Source of the DNA: a virus
Taxonomy: Duplodnaviria; Caudoviricetes
Strand: one strand, 5' to 3'
Length of the DNA: 64,000 nucleotides
IMG/VR virus record: IMGVR_UViG_3300045996_002560
Span: 1,774-65,773 of that record
Each line of letters starts with the position of its first letter. Positions within the stretch are counted from its first letter, which is position 1. This document shows positions 9,750 to 18,589 of the stretch, piece by piece. The notes beneath the pieces were generated by a model that made no database searches, had not been told where the DNA came from, and saw only the letters and a program-made list of their open reading frames with translations. A program made the position numbers and the translations under genes.

Positions 9750-10270
9750 CCATCTTCTTCACGGCGGATACACACTTCGGGCACCGCAACATAATCAAGC
9801 ACTGCAATCGCCCGTTTGTCTCCGTTGACGATATGCGGGAGACATTGATCGCCAATTGGAACAGCAGGGTGGGCCAGAATGACTGGGTCTACCACCTGGG
9901 GGATTTCGCTTGGAGGACACAGGATGGTGACGTTCTAGACCGTCTGAACGGACGGAAATTTCTAGTTCTTGGCAACCATGATAGCGCCCGCGTGGAGGAA
10001 GCTCGAAGTGGGTGGCTCTACGTGGCTCCCTACATGGAACTCTCCTCGGGGACAGTTAGGAAGATTGTACTCTGTCACTACAAGCTCCAAGTCTGGAACC
10101 AGATGCGCCGCGGGGCAGTCCATCTCTACGGACACTCTCACGGCAACCTACCCGGTTGCCGGCAATCTCTCGATGTAGGGGTCGACAATGTCGGGTTCTT
10201 CCCGATTACGATTGACGAAGCTTTGGAAAGGATGACCCACCATGCTGAATCGCCTGAGCTACTCGGTTAG
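9746..10270 (+). CDS. Calcineurin-like phosphoesterase
   Basis: ADTHFGH, HLGDF, GNHD, GHSH, DVGVD. Confidence 0.9.
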   Translation: MTIFFTADTHFGHRNIIKHCNRPFVSVDDMRETLIANWNSRVGQNDWVYHLGDFAWRTQDGDVLDRLNGRKFLVLGNHDSARVEEARSGWLYVAPYMELSSGTVRKIVLCHYKLQVWNQMRRGAVHLYGHSHGNLPGCRQSLDVGVDNVGFFPITIDEALERMTHHAESPELLG

Positions 10271-12170
10271 GTTTCCTTCCACTGGCAAGACCATCGCCGG
10301 CGAGCATGACTTTGCCGCCGGGATGACGGCGATCACCGGTCCCAATGGGACCGGGAAGTCGTTTCTGATCGAGATGATCCGCTACGCGTTCTTCGGCAGC
10401 GCGGCCCTCCGTGGAACCGCTGCCGACTACGACCGCCTGTCCGTCTCCCTGGAGTGGGATGACTTCCAGGTGGTGCGCAACTCGCGCACCGCGTCCCTGC
10501 ATCGAGAGGGCGAGATCATCGCGGTCGGCACCACGCCGGTGAATGCGAAGATCGTCGAGCTGCTCGGGTTCAATCTGAAGGTCTTCGATATCGCCCACTG
10601 TGTGAAGCAGGGGGAGATCGCCGCGCTCTCAACCATGACGGCAACCGAACGTAAACGTATGGTTGACAGCGTGATCGGAATGGGCTTCATCGACGAACTA
10701 ATCCGCTGGTGTCACGAGCAGGCCCGGGAGGGCGCCGTCAGGCTCGAAACCCTGCAAGGAGCAGTCGTTGCACCCGTTGAGCCCGCCCCCCTCTCCTTGC
10801 CCTCCGCAGGCGCCCTAGCGGCGACTGTGGCGGAGCTGGAGGTGCAGTTGGCTGAGAAGCACCAGCTTGAGGGCTGGTTGTCCCACCCAAGGACGGAGCC
10901 CGTTCCTCCCGAGCCGCCGCCGTTCAGCGAGACCGTCGAGGAGTTGGAGGAAGCCATCAGGTACCGACAGGGCCTGATCGATGAGATCAACGTGCTGAAG
11001 CACACGCTGCCGGCGGAGGCGACCTTCGACCGCTACGAGCTGTCCTGGAAGCGCGCCGAGCTTGACGCCTGGAACCGCTGGCAGGCTCGACAGAAGCTGG
11101 TGGAGCCTGAATGGGACAGCACGTTCCTTGATGTGTACGAAGATCTGGTCAGGGAGCATCAGGCGGTCGAGGCGCGCAATGCCAAGCGGAGCACACATCT
11201 CCTGACCTGTCCCAAGTGCGAGCACCAGTTCCACGAGGGCGGGGAGATGGAGGTTTCCATCCCTCCTGCCGTGATCATCGACGTGGCGGCGGAGAGACGG
11301 AAGAACGCGGCTTGGGATGCCGCTCCGGCAGGCGTTCGGATCGCCTCACCAATGACCAACCCTGGCTTCACCGCAGCGGACCTGGACCACCTTGAGCAGC
11401 TTATCGATAAGCAGGAAGATAGGAAAATTGTGCTGGCTCAAATCGCCGGCCTGGAAGCTCACCTCGTCACCGTGCCTGACCACTCCGCCGATCTGCGCAC
11501 GCTGATTAAGTTCTACCACGACCGTGATGCTTATGCGAAGGAAATGCGGGACTACCTGCTTTGGGCTGCGGAGTTTGAACTGAAAACAAAGCGCCGCATC
11601 GAGTTGGATGCAGTGCCTACCAAACTGGCCCAAACTCGTGCCTCCCTGGAACTTGCCCTCCAGTGGCGACGCGACATGGACCGGTACGAAGCTGACTTCG
11701 CCCGTTACAGCGAGGCGAAGCAGCAAATTGAGCAACTGAGCGCGCTCGTTACCGAGTGGCGCAACGTGAAGAGTTCGCTGGAAGAGATGCGAACCAAGAT
11801 CAAGACGTACCTCATCCCATCGATCAGCAAAGTAGCGTCGACTCTAATCTCAAAAATGACTCAAGGAGTCAAAAACAATGTCGTTGTGGATGAAAACTTT
11901 GATATTTTTGTGGACAACCAACCGATTTCCACACTTAGTGGAGCAGAGCGTTCCACTGCCAACCTTAGTATACGTGTTGCTTTGGGTCAAGTCTTGACCG
12001 CAAGGCACTTCAGTTTCATCTCAATGGATGAATATGATAGTGACATGGATGAGTTCTGGGCACCAGCAACGGCAGAATGTATTCGCCGACTGACGGCGCA
12101 CATCGATCAAATTTTCGTTGTGTCCCACAAGGACCCTGAAGCCGATCACTACATCCGACTGGCGAGGTAA
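10242..12170 (+). CDS. SbcC/Rad50-like ATPase
   Basis: Walker A GPNGTGKS, Q-loop, CPKC zinc hook, LSGAE signature, MDE, VSH. Confidence 0.9.
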   Translation: MLNRLSYSVRFPSTGKTIAGEHDFAAGMTAITGPNGTGKSFLIEMIRYAFFGSAALRGTAADYDRLSVSLEWDDFQVVRNSRTASLHREGEIIAVGTTPVNAKIVELLGFNLKVFDIAHCVKQGEIAALSTMTATERKRMVDSVIGMGFIDELIRWCHEQAREGAVRLETLQGAVVAPVEPAPLSLPSAGALAATVAELEVQLAEKHQLEGWLSHPRTEPVPPEPPPFSETVEELEEAIRYRQGLIDEINVLKHTLPAEATFDRYELSWKRAELDAWNRWQARQKLVEPEWDSTFLDVYEDLVREHQAVEARNAKRSTHLLTCPKCEHQFHEGGEMEVSIPPAVIIDVAAERRKNAAWDAAPAGVRIASPMTNPGFTAADLDHLEQLIDKQEDRKIVLAQIAGLEAHLVTVPDHSADLRTLIKFYHDRDAYAKEMRDYLLWAAEFELKTKRRIELDAVPTKLAQTRASLELALQWRRDMDRYEADFARYSEAKQQIEQLSALVTEWRNVKSSLEEMRTKIKTYLIPSISKVASTLISKMTQGVKNNVVVDENFDIFVDNQPISTLSGAERSTANLSIRVALGQVLTARHFSFISMDEYDSDMDEFWAPATAECIRRLTAHIDQIFVVSHKDPEADHYIRLAR

Positions 12171-12171
12171 C

Positions 12172-12858
12172 ATGAACATCGCGATCCTCTCTGACCTGCA
12201 CGGGCAACCGGTTCCCACTTTACGGGAGCCGGTTGACCTGGTGCTGGCAGCCGGTGATCTGGACGCGGGCGGCCCTTACGGGGCCATCCAGGTCCATGAG
12301 CGCTACGACTGCCCTGCGATCTGCATTGCGGGTAACCATGAGCATTACGGCTGGACGATCGACATCCAGCACGAAGCCATCTGCAACATGAGCACGCACG
12401 CCTTCGACGACGTGCGCGTTCTGTCCTGCACCCTGTGGACGGACTTCCATTTGTACGGTCTGGCGTGGACCCATGAGGCTCGCGATTGGGCCAACCTCGC
12501 CATGAACGACTACCGGCGCATTCGCTACTGGACGCCTGACAAGGCACAGAAACAACACTTCAAGGAGCTGGACTGGCTCACCACTGAACTCGAGAAGCCA
12601 TGGGATGGTAAGACCATTGTCATGACTCATCATGCTCCTTCCCCAAAATCCATTCACCCCAAATATAAAGATGACATTCTCAATGCTTCCTTCGCGTCAG
12701 ATCTGGAATATCTTATGCCCTATGTGGATCTATGGGTCCACGGTCACGTGCATAGTCCTTTCGACTACCGTGTGGGTGACTGCCGGGTTGTTTGCAATCC
12801 CTGCGGCTACAAAGGTGAGAACCCCGGCCCTTACGAAGCGAGTATCGTGACACTATAG
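12172..12858 (+). CDS. Metallophosphoesterase
   Basis: SDLH, AGD, GNHE, THHAP, HGHVH, NPCGY. Confidence 0.9.
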   Translation: MNIAILSDLHGQPVPTLREPVDLVLAAGDLDAGGPYGAIQVHERYDCPAICIAGNHEHYGWTIDIQHEAICNMSTHAFDDVRVLSCTLWTDFHLYGLAWTHEARDWANLAMNDYRRIRYWTPDKAQKQHFKELDWLTTELEKPWDGKTIVMTHHAPSPKSIHPKYKDDILNASFASDLEYLMPYVDLWVHGHVHSPFDYRVGDCRVVCNPCGYKGENPGPYEASIVTL

Positions 12859-12918
12859 TCCTCACCATTATTTGACTGGGCACACCTTTCTACCATCTAA
12901 GAGGTAGAAAGGTGTGCA

Positions 12919-13248
12919 ATGTTGAATTCACGAATCGAACAGAGACTCAACGTCAGTCGCAACCCGACTGGCTTGGAACAACAGGACAAGTGGGACGCCG
13001 CCAACCGTGCGGTCGATCCCAAATCCTTGGTCTTCGACAGACTTTGCAAGTACGCAATTGCCTGTCGTCCCCTTTTCCAGCAGTGGGACAACACGGACTC
13101 GGTGATCGTCGAGGCCCGTAAGAAGCACGACCAAGGACTGGCGGTGCTGTGCCAGCGAACGACCAAGACGCACTCGATCCTCTTCCTGATACCCCACGTT
13201 AGGAGGGTGGGTCGGAAACCTTACTTCAGTCAGAAAGCGAAAGAATGA
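12919..13248 (+). CDS. Hypothetical protein
   Basis: RBS AAGG/GAGG upstream; ATGA overlap with thyX. Confidence 0.6.
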   Translation: MLNSRIEQRLNVSRNPTGLEQQDKWDAANRAVDPKSLVFDRLCKYAIACRPLFQQWDNTDSVIVEARKKHDQGLAVLCQRTTKTHSILFLIPHVRRVGRKPYFSQKAKE

Positions 13249-14039
13249 CTATCACTGCCACCGTCATCGCGGACAGCGTGGGTGAGTTTGCTCCACGTCT
13301 GACCACGATGCAGCTGCGTTACCCGAGGTGGATTCATGCGGAGTTCCTGACCCACCGGGTGTTCTCTCGGAATAGCTCGAGCAGTCGAGCTATTCCGGTC
13401 GACCGTCTGATCGACGACGTTCTGGACGACTTGGTGGCGCCCAGCGTCTGGGGCAAGAACCGCCCTGGAATGCAGGCGATCGAGGAGCTGACCGAGCCAA
13501 ACCTGGGGCTAGCCAAGCTGGCCTGGGACGTCGCCCGCGAGGATGCGGTTCGGCAAGCGCAGAAGTTACGTGCGCTGGGCGTGCACAAGCAGATTGTGAA
13601 CCGGATTCTCGAGCCCTTCGTCCACATCAACACGGTGGTCTCGGCGACCAAGTGGGACAACTTCTTCGCCCTGAGGGACCACACGGATGCCCAGCCTGAG
13701 ATCAGGGAGCTGGCTCAGGCCATGCGGGCAGCCATGGATACGTCGACCCCCGCGCAGTTGTACGAGGATGAGTGGCACGCCCCTTACCATTCGAACCCCC
13801 GGGCCTCAGCCGCACGCTGCGCCCGCGTCTCCTACCTTACCCATGATGGGCGCGAGCCCGATCTCGAAGAGGACCTGCTCCTGTTCGACCGGCTGCTCGC
13901 TAGCCAGCCGGCGCACGCCAGTCCGGCGGAGCATCAAGCTCGGCCTGACAGCTGGACCCAGTCCGGTGGTTGGGCACGTCCCGATCTCCACGGCAACCTG
14001 GAAGGTTGGGTGCAACATCGTAAGCTTCTGTCTCTCTGA
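13245..14039 (+). CDS. thyX: FAD-dependent thymidylate synthase
   Basis: THRVFSRNSSSSRAIP motif, AQPEI, ARCARVSY, HASPAEH. Confidence 0.9.
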   Translation: MTITATVIADSVGEFAPRLTTMQLRYPRWIHAEFLTHRVFSRNSSSSRAIPVDRLIDDVLDDLVAPSVWGKNRPGMQAIEELTEPNLGLAKLAWDVAREDAVRQAQKLRALGVHKQIVNRILEPFVHINTVVSATKWDNFFALRDHTDAQPEIRELAQAMRAAMDTSTPAQLYEDEWHAPYHSNPRASAARCARVSYLTHDGREPDLEEDLLLFDRLLASQPAHASPAEHQARPDSWTQSGGWARPDLHGNLEGWVQHRKLLSL

Positions 14040-14049
14040 AAGGTAACAC

Positions 14050-14274
<225 letters not shown>

Positions 14275-14291
14275 ACCTGAAAGGAACGTAC

Positions 14292-14453
14292 GTGGCGAAG
14301 TTAACCTCTGACAACGTTTCCCTGATACGACAAATCTACGCCGTATTCAACTTCCGTCGTGCTCCAGCCGGTCTCGCTACCGCACTGGGCAAGCTGTTTA
14401 AGGTGAAGCGCCAGACGGTTGCCGAGGCAGCTCGTGGGATCACCCACAGATGA
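14292..14453 (+). CDS. Small HTH-like DNA-binding protein (53 aa, not in ORF track)
   Basis: GTG start after AAGGA; MAKLTSDNVSLIRQ...LGKLFKVKRQTVAEAARGITHR; ATGA overlap with next gene. Confidence 0.6.
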   Translation: MAKLTSDNVSLIRQIYAVFNFRRAPAGLATALGKLFKVKRQTVAEAARGITHR

Positions 14454-15016
14454 CGATGCTCACCGGTATCCATTCCGGTAGGCTCGTCGATCCGATGAAC
14501 CTGAGTGACGACGAGATTGACATCGACACCATTGCACACTCCCTCGCCATGCAGTGTCGCTACGGGGGGCACGTCAAGACTCACTACAGCGTGGCACAGC
14601 ACTGCGTCCTACTCTCCAAGGTGGTGCACCCCCTCCTGGCTTTCGCCGCATTGATGCACGATGCGTGCGAAGCTTTCGTCAGCGATCTACCTCGGCCTAT
14701 CAAGAGCCGACTCCCCGACTACTATGTGATCGAAGAGGCAGTGATCGCCTCGATCTGCCGCAAATTCGCGATTGATCCTGAGGATATGAAGGCAGTGGTG
14801 CCCTACGATATGGCCATCTGCCTCGACGAGATGGCACAGCTGTGCAAGTTCACGGACCCCAAGCTTGCCACAGTGACCAAGAAACTCAATGTCCACATTG
14901 ACCCCATGAGCATTGGAGATGCAAAGGATGCCTTCCTTGAGAGATTCCTTCAGTTACAAAAAAACGGCCGCGGACTGGGCGCCAGACTGGGAGCTGCTGC
15001 CGGCATCGCCGGCTGA
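14450..15016 (+). CDS. HD-domain phosphohydrolase (YfbR-like 5'-deoxynucleotidase)
   Basis: IAHSLA..CRYGGH, YSVAQH, ALMHDACEAF.SD. Confidence 0.9.
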   Translation: MTMLTGIHSGRLVDPMNLSDDEIDIDTIAHSLAMQCRYGGHVKTHYSVAQHCVLLSKVVHPLLAFAALMHDACEAFVSDLPRPIKSRLPDYYVIEEAVIASICRKFAIDPEDMKAVVPYDMAICLDEMAQLCKFTDPKLATVTKKLNVHIDPMSIGDAKDAFLERFLQLQKNGRGLGARLGAAAGIAG

Positions 15017-15557
15017 GGACGCAACTGCCAAGAATTGGACGCTCGAAGACGCCGTCGTTAAGGCTGAGATAGACTGGGTAGGTCCCGTACCCAAGTGGCG
15101 GACGACCACCGTCACCAAGGAGGTGAACCCCAAGCACGCAGCCGGCAAGTCCAAGCTGCCTCTGAGCATTGTCCCTGCTGTCACCACTGCCTATCTCGCT
15201 TTGGGCCACGCAGAGGGAATGCTGAAGTATGGGCTCGTCAACTGGCGGGCCACCGAGGTCACCATGTCGGTGTACCTGGACGCGCTTGAGCGTCATCTGA
15301 AGAAGTTCAACGAGGGTGAGTGGGCGGACTCCGTCACCAAGGTCCCCCACCTCGCGAACGCCTTGGCCTGCCTGTCGATCATCATCGATGCGCACCACAA
15401 GGGCACCCTCGTTGATGATCGTCCCCTCTCCAATCCCGCAGCCGTCGATTTCATCAACGGGGAAGGCCAGGAGATCTGGAACGGGCTTCGCGAGTTGTTC
15501 AAGGATGCGGACCCGAAGCATTACACTATTAACAACGAGGAACAGACTGGTGGATAA
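14928..15557 (+). CDS. DUF5664 dATP/dGTP diphosphohydrolase-like protein
   Basis: NPK..G..K.PLS.VP, G..KYG..NWR, Y.DA..RH, PHLANA; start uncertain. Confidence 0.8.
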   Translation: MPSLRDSFSYKKTAADWAPDWELLPASPAEDATAKNWTLEDAVVKAEIDWVGPVPKWRTTTVTKEVNPKHAAGKSKLPLSIVPAVTTAYLALGHAEGMLKYGLVNWRATEVTMSVYLDALERHLKKFNEGEWADSVTKVPHLANALACLSIIIDAHHKGTLVDDRPLSNPAAVDFINGEGQEIWNGLRELFKDADPKHYTINNEEQTGG

Positions 15558-15732
15558 GAAATTTTCCGAGAGCATCAGGATCGGTGTCTTCATGACGGTC
15601 GTGTTCAGCATGATCATCGGAGGCTTCGCTCACTCCTTCGGCATCGCCATAGGAGTGTTCGGACTGGGCATTCTCGGCACCGTCCTGGGTGTAGCGTTCG
15701 CGTACAGGGACGCCTTCAATGACCCCAAATGA
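15550..15732 (+). CDS. Small two-TM membrane protein
   Basis: GTG start after GAGG; hydrophobic. Confidence 0.6.
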   Translation: MDKKFSESIRIGVFMTVVFSMIIGGFAHSFGIAIGVFGLGILGTVLGVAFAYRDAFNDPK

Positions 15733-16213
15733 GTATCAAGAGGCCGCGCTGCGGACCTGTTCCACGGTCTTCAACGTCAGCGACGTGCTTGATTTCCAGA
15801 TCGAGCAGATCCTGACAGAGAATATTTACAACGGCGAGATGATCGAGGAGATTAAGAAGAACATTTTCTACGGCAAGCCTTTGAACGTGGTGACCACGCT
15901 GCCTGAACTCCCGATTGTGACATCGTTCGCCTGGGAGGAAGTGAACCAGGACGTCACTCACGGCATCCTCGGCATCGCTGGCGAGGCCAGCGAGCTGGTG
16001 CAGCACCTCTACTCGGCAATCACCACTGAGGGGCAGATCAACTCACTGGCAATCTCAAAGGAGATCGGCGACGTCCTCTGGTACATCGCCATCCTCGCCG
16101 ACGCGATCGGTGTCCCTCTTGAACAGATCATGGAGGAGAACATCGCCAAGTTGAAAGCACGATACCCTGACAAGTGGTGTATTGAACGGGCTCAGAACCA
16201 CGACGGAAACTAA
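15719..16213 (+). CDS. MazG-like nucleotide pyrophosphohydrolase
   Basis: YQ..A.RT, LGIAGEASE, KEIGDVLWY, NIAKLKARYP. Confidence 0.9.
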   Translation: MTPNEYQEAALRTCSTVFNVSDVLDFQIEQILTENIYNGEMIEEIKKNIFYGKPLNVVTTLPELPIVTSFAWEEVNQDVTHGILGIAGEASELVQHLYSAITTEGQINSLAISKEIGDVLWYIAILADAIGVPLEQIMEENIAKLKARYPDKWCIERAQNHDGN

Positions 16214-16217
16214 GATT

Positions 16218-16246
16218 GGGGGCTCGTAAATCGAGCCCCTTTTCTT
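16218..16246 (+). terminator. Rho-independent terminator
   Basis: GGGGCTCG-taaat-CGAGCCCC then TTTTCTT. Confidence 0.8.
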
Positions 16247-16281
16247 ATATGAGACGTTCCCCTCGAAAAACAGGATGACAA

Positions 16282-17901
16282 ATGACGTTCCGCACAGAAC
16301 TGGCGCAGGCCATTTTTCTTCAAAAGTATGCCCACGAGGGATGTGAGACTTGGCCTGCATTGGCGAAGACACTTGCCGAGGACGTGTGCGGCAGTCTTCT
16401 TTCTAAGAGCGTCGTGAGTGACATCGCCCGCCTCATCGAGGAGATGAAGTTTCTTCCCGGCGGTCGCTACCTGTACTACGCCGGTAGGGACATCAAGGCG
16501 TTCAACAACTGCTTCCTGTTAAACTTTGAGGACGACAGCCGGGAGGAGTGGGCCAACGTCTCCTGGCGCGCCGAAAACTGCCTGATGACCGGTGGCGGCA
16601 TCGGCGTGGACTACAGCCCGCTGCGGGGTCGGGGCTCCCCCCTGAAGCGCACCGGAGGTACCGCCAGTGGGCCTGTCTCCAAGATGCGGATGATCAATGA
16701 GATCGGTCGCGAGGTGATGCAGGGCGGGTCTCGTCGCAGCGCCATCTGGGCTGGCCTGAACTGGCAGCACGCGGACATTCAAGAGTTCCTGCACTGTAAG
16801 GACTGGGATCGAATGATCATGCCTGGAACAGGCATGAGCTTAAAGGACGCCAAGGCGATCGACTTCAACTGGCCAGCACCGTTGGATATGACCAACGTGT
16901 CCGTGGGCTACGATGACAAGTGGTTGGTAGACCCTCTCAATGAGGTGTTCCTCGAGAACGTCAGGCAGGCGCTCCGCACGGGCGAGCCCGGTATGTCCTT
17001 CAACTTCGATGACCAATCCGCGGAGACGCTGCGCAACGCCTGCTGTGAGGTGACGAGCGCCGACGACAGCGATGTGTGCAACCTTGGCTCCCTGAACATG
17101 TCGCGGATCGAGACGTTGAAGGAGTTCCGCGACGCTGCCGAGCTGGGCACCCTGTTCCTTCTCTGTGGTACCTTGAAGGCGCACCTTCCGTACGAGAAGG
17201 TCTATGCGGTTCGCAGCCAGAACCGTCGTCTGGGCCTGGGCCTGATGGGCGTCCACGAGTGGCTCATGCAGCGCAACAAGCGCTACGTGGTCACCGACGA
17301 GTTGCACGAGTGGTTGGACGCGTACGAGACAGTCAGCAACGCCGCGGCAGCCAGGGGGGCCTACGAGCTGAGCGTGAGCCGCCCCGTCGCGGTCCGGGCC
17401 ATTGCCCCCACCGGGACCATTGGGCTCCTGGCGGGCACCACAACGGGCATAGAGCCCCTCTATGCGGTCGCCTACAAGCGCCGCTATCTGAAGAACGGGA
17501 CGGACTGGCATTACCAGTACGTGGTGGATGGCACTGCCAAGGAGCTGATCGACCGGTACGATACGGACCCGGAGAAGATCGAGAGTGCGATCGACCTGGC
17601 TGCGGACCCGGAGCGACGGATCAAGTTCCAGTGGGATGTCCAGAGCTACGTCGACATGGCCATCAGCAGCACCATCAACCTCCCCGAGTGGGGTTCCCCG
17701 TTGAATAACGAGGACACGGTGTTACATATGGCTGAGACCCTGGCGAAGTATGCTCCTGGGCTGAGAGGGTTCACGTGTTACCCCGACGGCTCGCGCGGGG
17801 GTCAGCCGCTGGAGAGTGTGCCTTACCGGGAAGCCCTTGACTGGGAAGGCGTCGAGTTCGCAGAGCACGACAGTTGCAAGGGCGGAGTGTGCGGGATATG
17901 A
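16282..17901 (+). CDS. nrdJ: Class II (adenosylcobalamin-dependent) ribonucleotide reductase
   Basis: FLPGGR, NNCF, GGGIG, NACCE, CNLGSLN, IAPTGTI, C-terminal CKGGVC; no beta subunit in window. Confidence 0.85.
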   Translation: MTFRTELAQAIFLQKYAHEGCETWPALAKTLAEDVCGSLLSKSVVSDIARLIEEMKFLPGGRYLYYAGRDIKAFNNCFLLNFEDDSREEWANVSWRAENCLMTGGGIGVDYSPLRGRGSPLKRTGGTASGPVSKMRMINEIGREVMQGGSRRSAIWAGLNWQHADIQEFLHCKDWDRMIMPGTGMSLKDAKAIDFNWPAPLDMTNVSVGYDDKWLVDPLNEVFLENVRQALRTGEPGMSFNFDDQSAETLRNACCEVTSADDSDVCNLGSLNMSRIETLKEFRDAAELGTLFLLCGTLKAHLPYEKVYAVRSQNRRLGLGLMGVHEWLMQRNKRYVVTDELHEWLDAYETVSNAAAARGAYELSVSRPVAVRAIAPTGTIGLLAGTTTGIEPLYAVAYKRRYLKNGTDWHYQYVVDGTAKELIDRYDTDPEKIESAIDLAADPERRIKFQWDVQSYVDMAISSTINLPEWGSPLNNEDTVLHMAETLAKYAPGLRGFTCYPDGSRGGQPLESVPYREALDWEGVEFAEHDSCKGGVCGI

Positions 17902-18104
17902 GCGCCTTCCGGTTTCAGTACATGCGATACATGGTCCCAGGTGAGCTGAGGTGTGACTCATTGGAAGACGCTATTGGCGCAGCATGGGCCAGCCTGGAGG
18001 ACAACACAGCTTGGCCCCGTCAGATAGTGGACGAGAACGACAACGTAGTCCTCAACCACGAAGCGCTGCGCGACGCTATTCGCGCGCTTGATGAGAGGAT
18101 GTAA
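17898..18104 (+). CDS. Hypothetical protein
   Basis: ATGA overlap with nrdJ; RBS GGAG. Confidence 0.55.
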   Translation: MSAFRFQYMRYMVPGELRCDSLEDAIGAAWASLEDNTAWPRQIVDENDNVVLNHEALRDAIRALDERM

Positions 18105-18182
18105 GATGGAAAAGGACTTCGGTTACCGCAGCAAAGAGACGATCTTCCGCGACACCAACCCAGGTTTCTAGTTTTCTCCCAC

Positions 18183-18277
18183 ACGGTAAGAGGGTTCGCC
18201 CCGCTTCCCGTCGCCCACTCAGGAGGGGCCGCTTGCGGCACCGTTAGTGACTTAGGTGGACTTTCGGCGGGCAGCCA
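18183..18277 (+). ncRNA. Candidate structured RNA
   Basis: UUCG and CUUG tetraloop hairpins, several complementary stems, directly upstream of tRNA-Trp. Confidence 0.35.
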
Positions 18278-18284
18278 ATTTTTT

Positions 18285-18360
18285 ATCAGCGTAGCTCAAT
18301 TGGCTAGAGCAGTGGTCTCCAAAACCACCGATGAGGGTTCGAGTCCCTACGCTGGTGCCA
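18285..18360 (+). tRNA. trnW: tRNA-Trp (CCA)
   Basis: Acceptor ATCAGCG/CGCTGGT; anticodon arm GTGGT-CTCCAAA-ACCAC; TTCGAGT T-loop; encoded CCA. Confidence 0.95.
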
Positions 18361-18373
18361 AACTCCCCTCTTC

Positions 18374-18589
18374 CTAGAACACCACCGCTGCGGTGATTGC
18401 CACCAATGCGGCGATCGCCGTATACATCCACCAGTGACCAGCCGTGTAGGGGTCCACCCTACAGAACTCCACAGGAAGGTTGGTCACTGCGTGGGGTATA
18501 TCCTTCCATCCCAGGCGCCCGCGGCTCTCTTCATGCCGCGTCCAAGGGTGCCGAATATCCCTGACTAACCTGTCGATATGTTCCTTCAT
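18374..18589 (-). CDS. Small protein with C-terminal TM segment
   Basis: TAATG coupling to spike gene; hydrophobic C-terminus. Confidence 0.6.
   Translation of the reverse strand: MKEHIDRLVRDIRHPWTRHEESRGRLGWKDIPHAVTNLPVEFCRVDPYTAGHWWMYTAIAALVAITAAVVF

Noticed and set aside
14958-14965. -1 frameshift at A AAA AAC in the HD gene
   Set aside because: The -1 frame reaches a stop after ~35 codons with no recognisable domain; DUF5664 is in the +1 frame.
14450-16213. 2-aminoadenine (Z) genome cluster
   Set aside because: No PurZ/adenylosuccinate synthetase homolog in the window; HD and DUF5664 alone are insufficient.
18285-18360. Suppressor tRNA / stop-codon reassignment
   Set aside because: Anticodon is standard CCA, and genes tile cleanly using all three stop codons.
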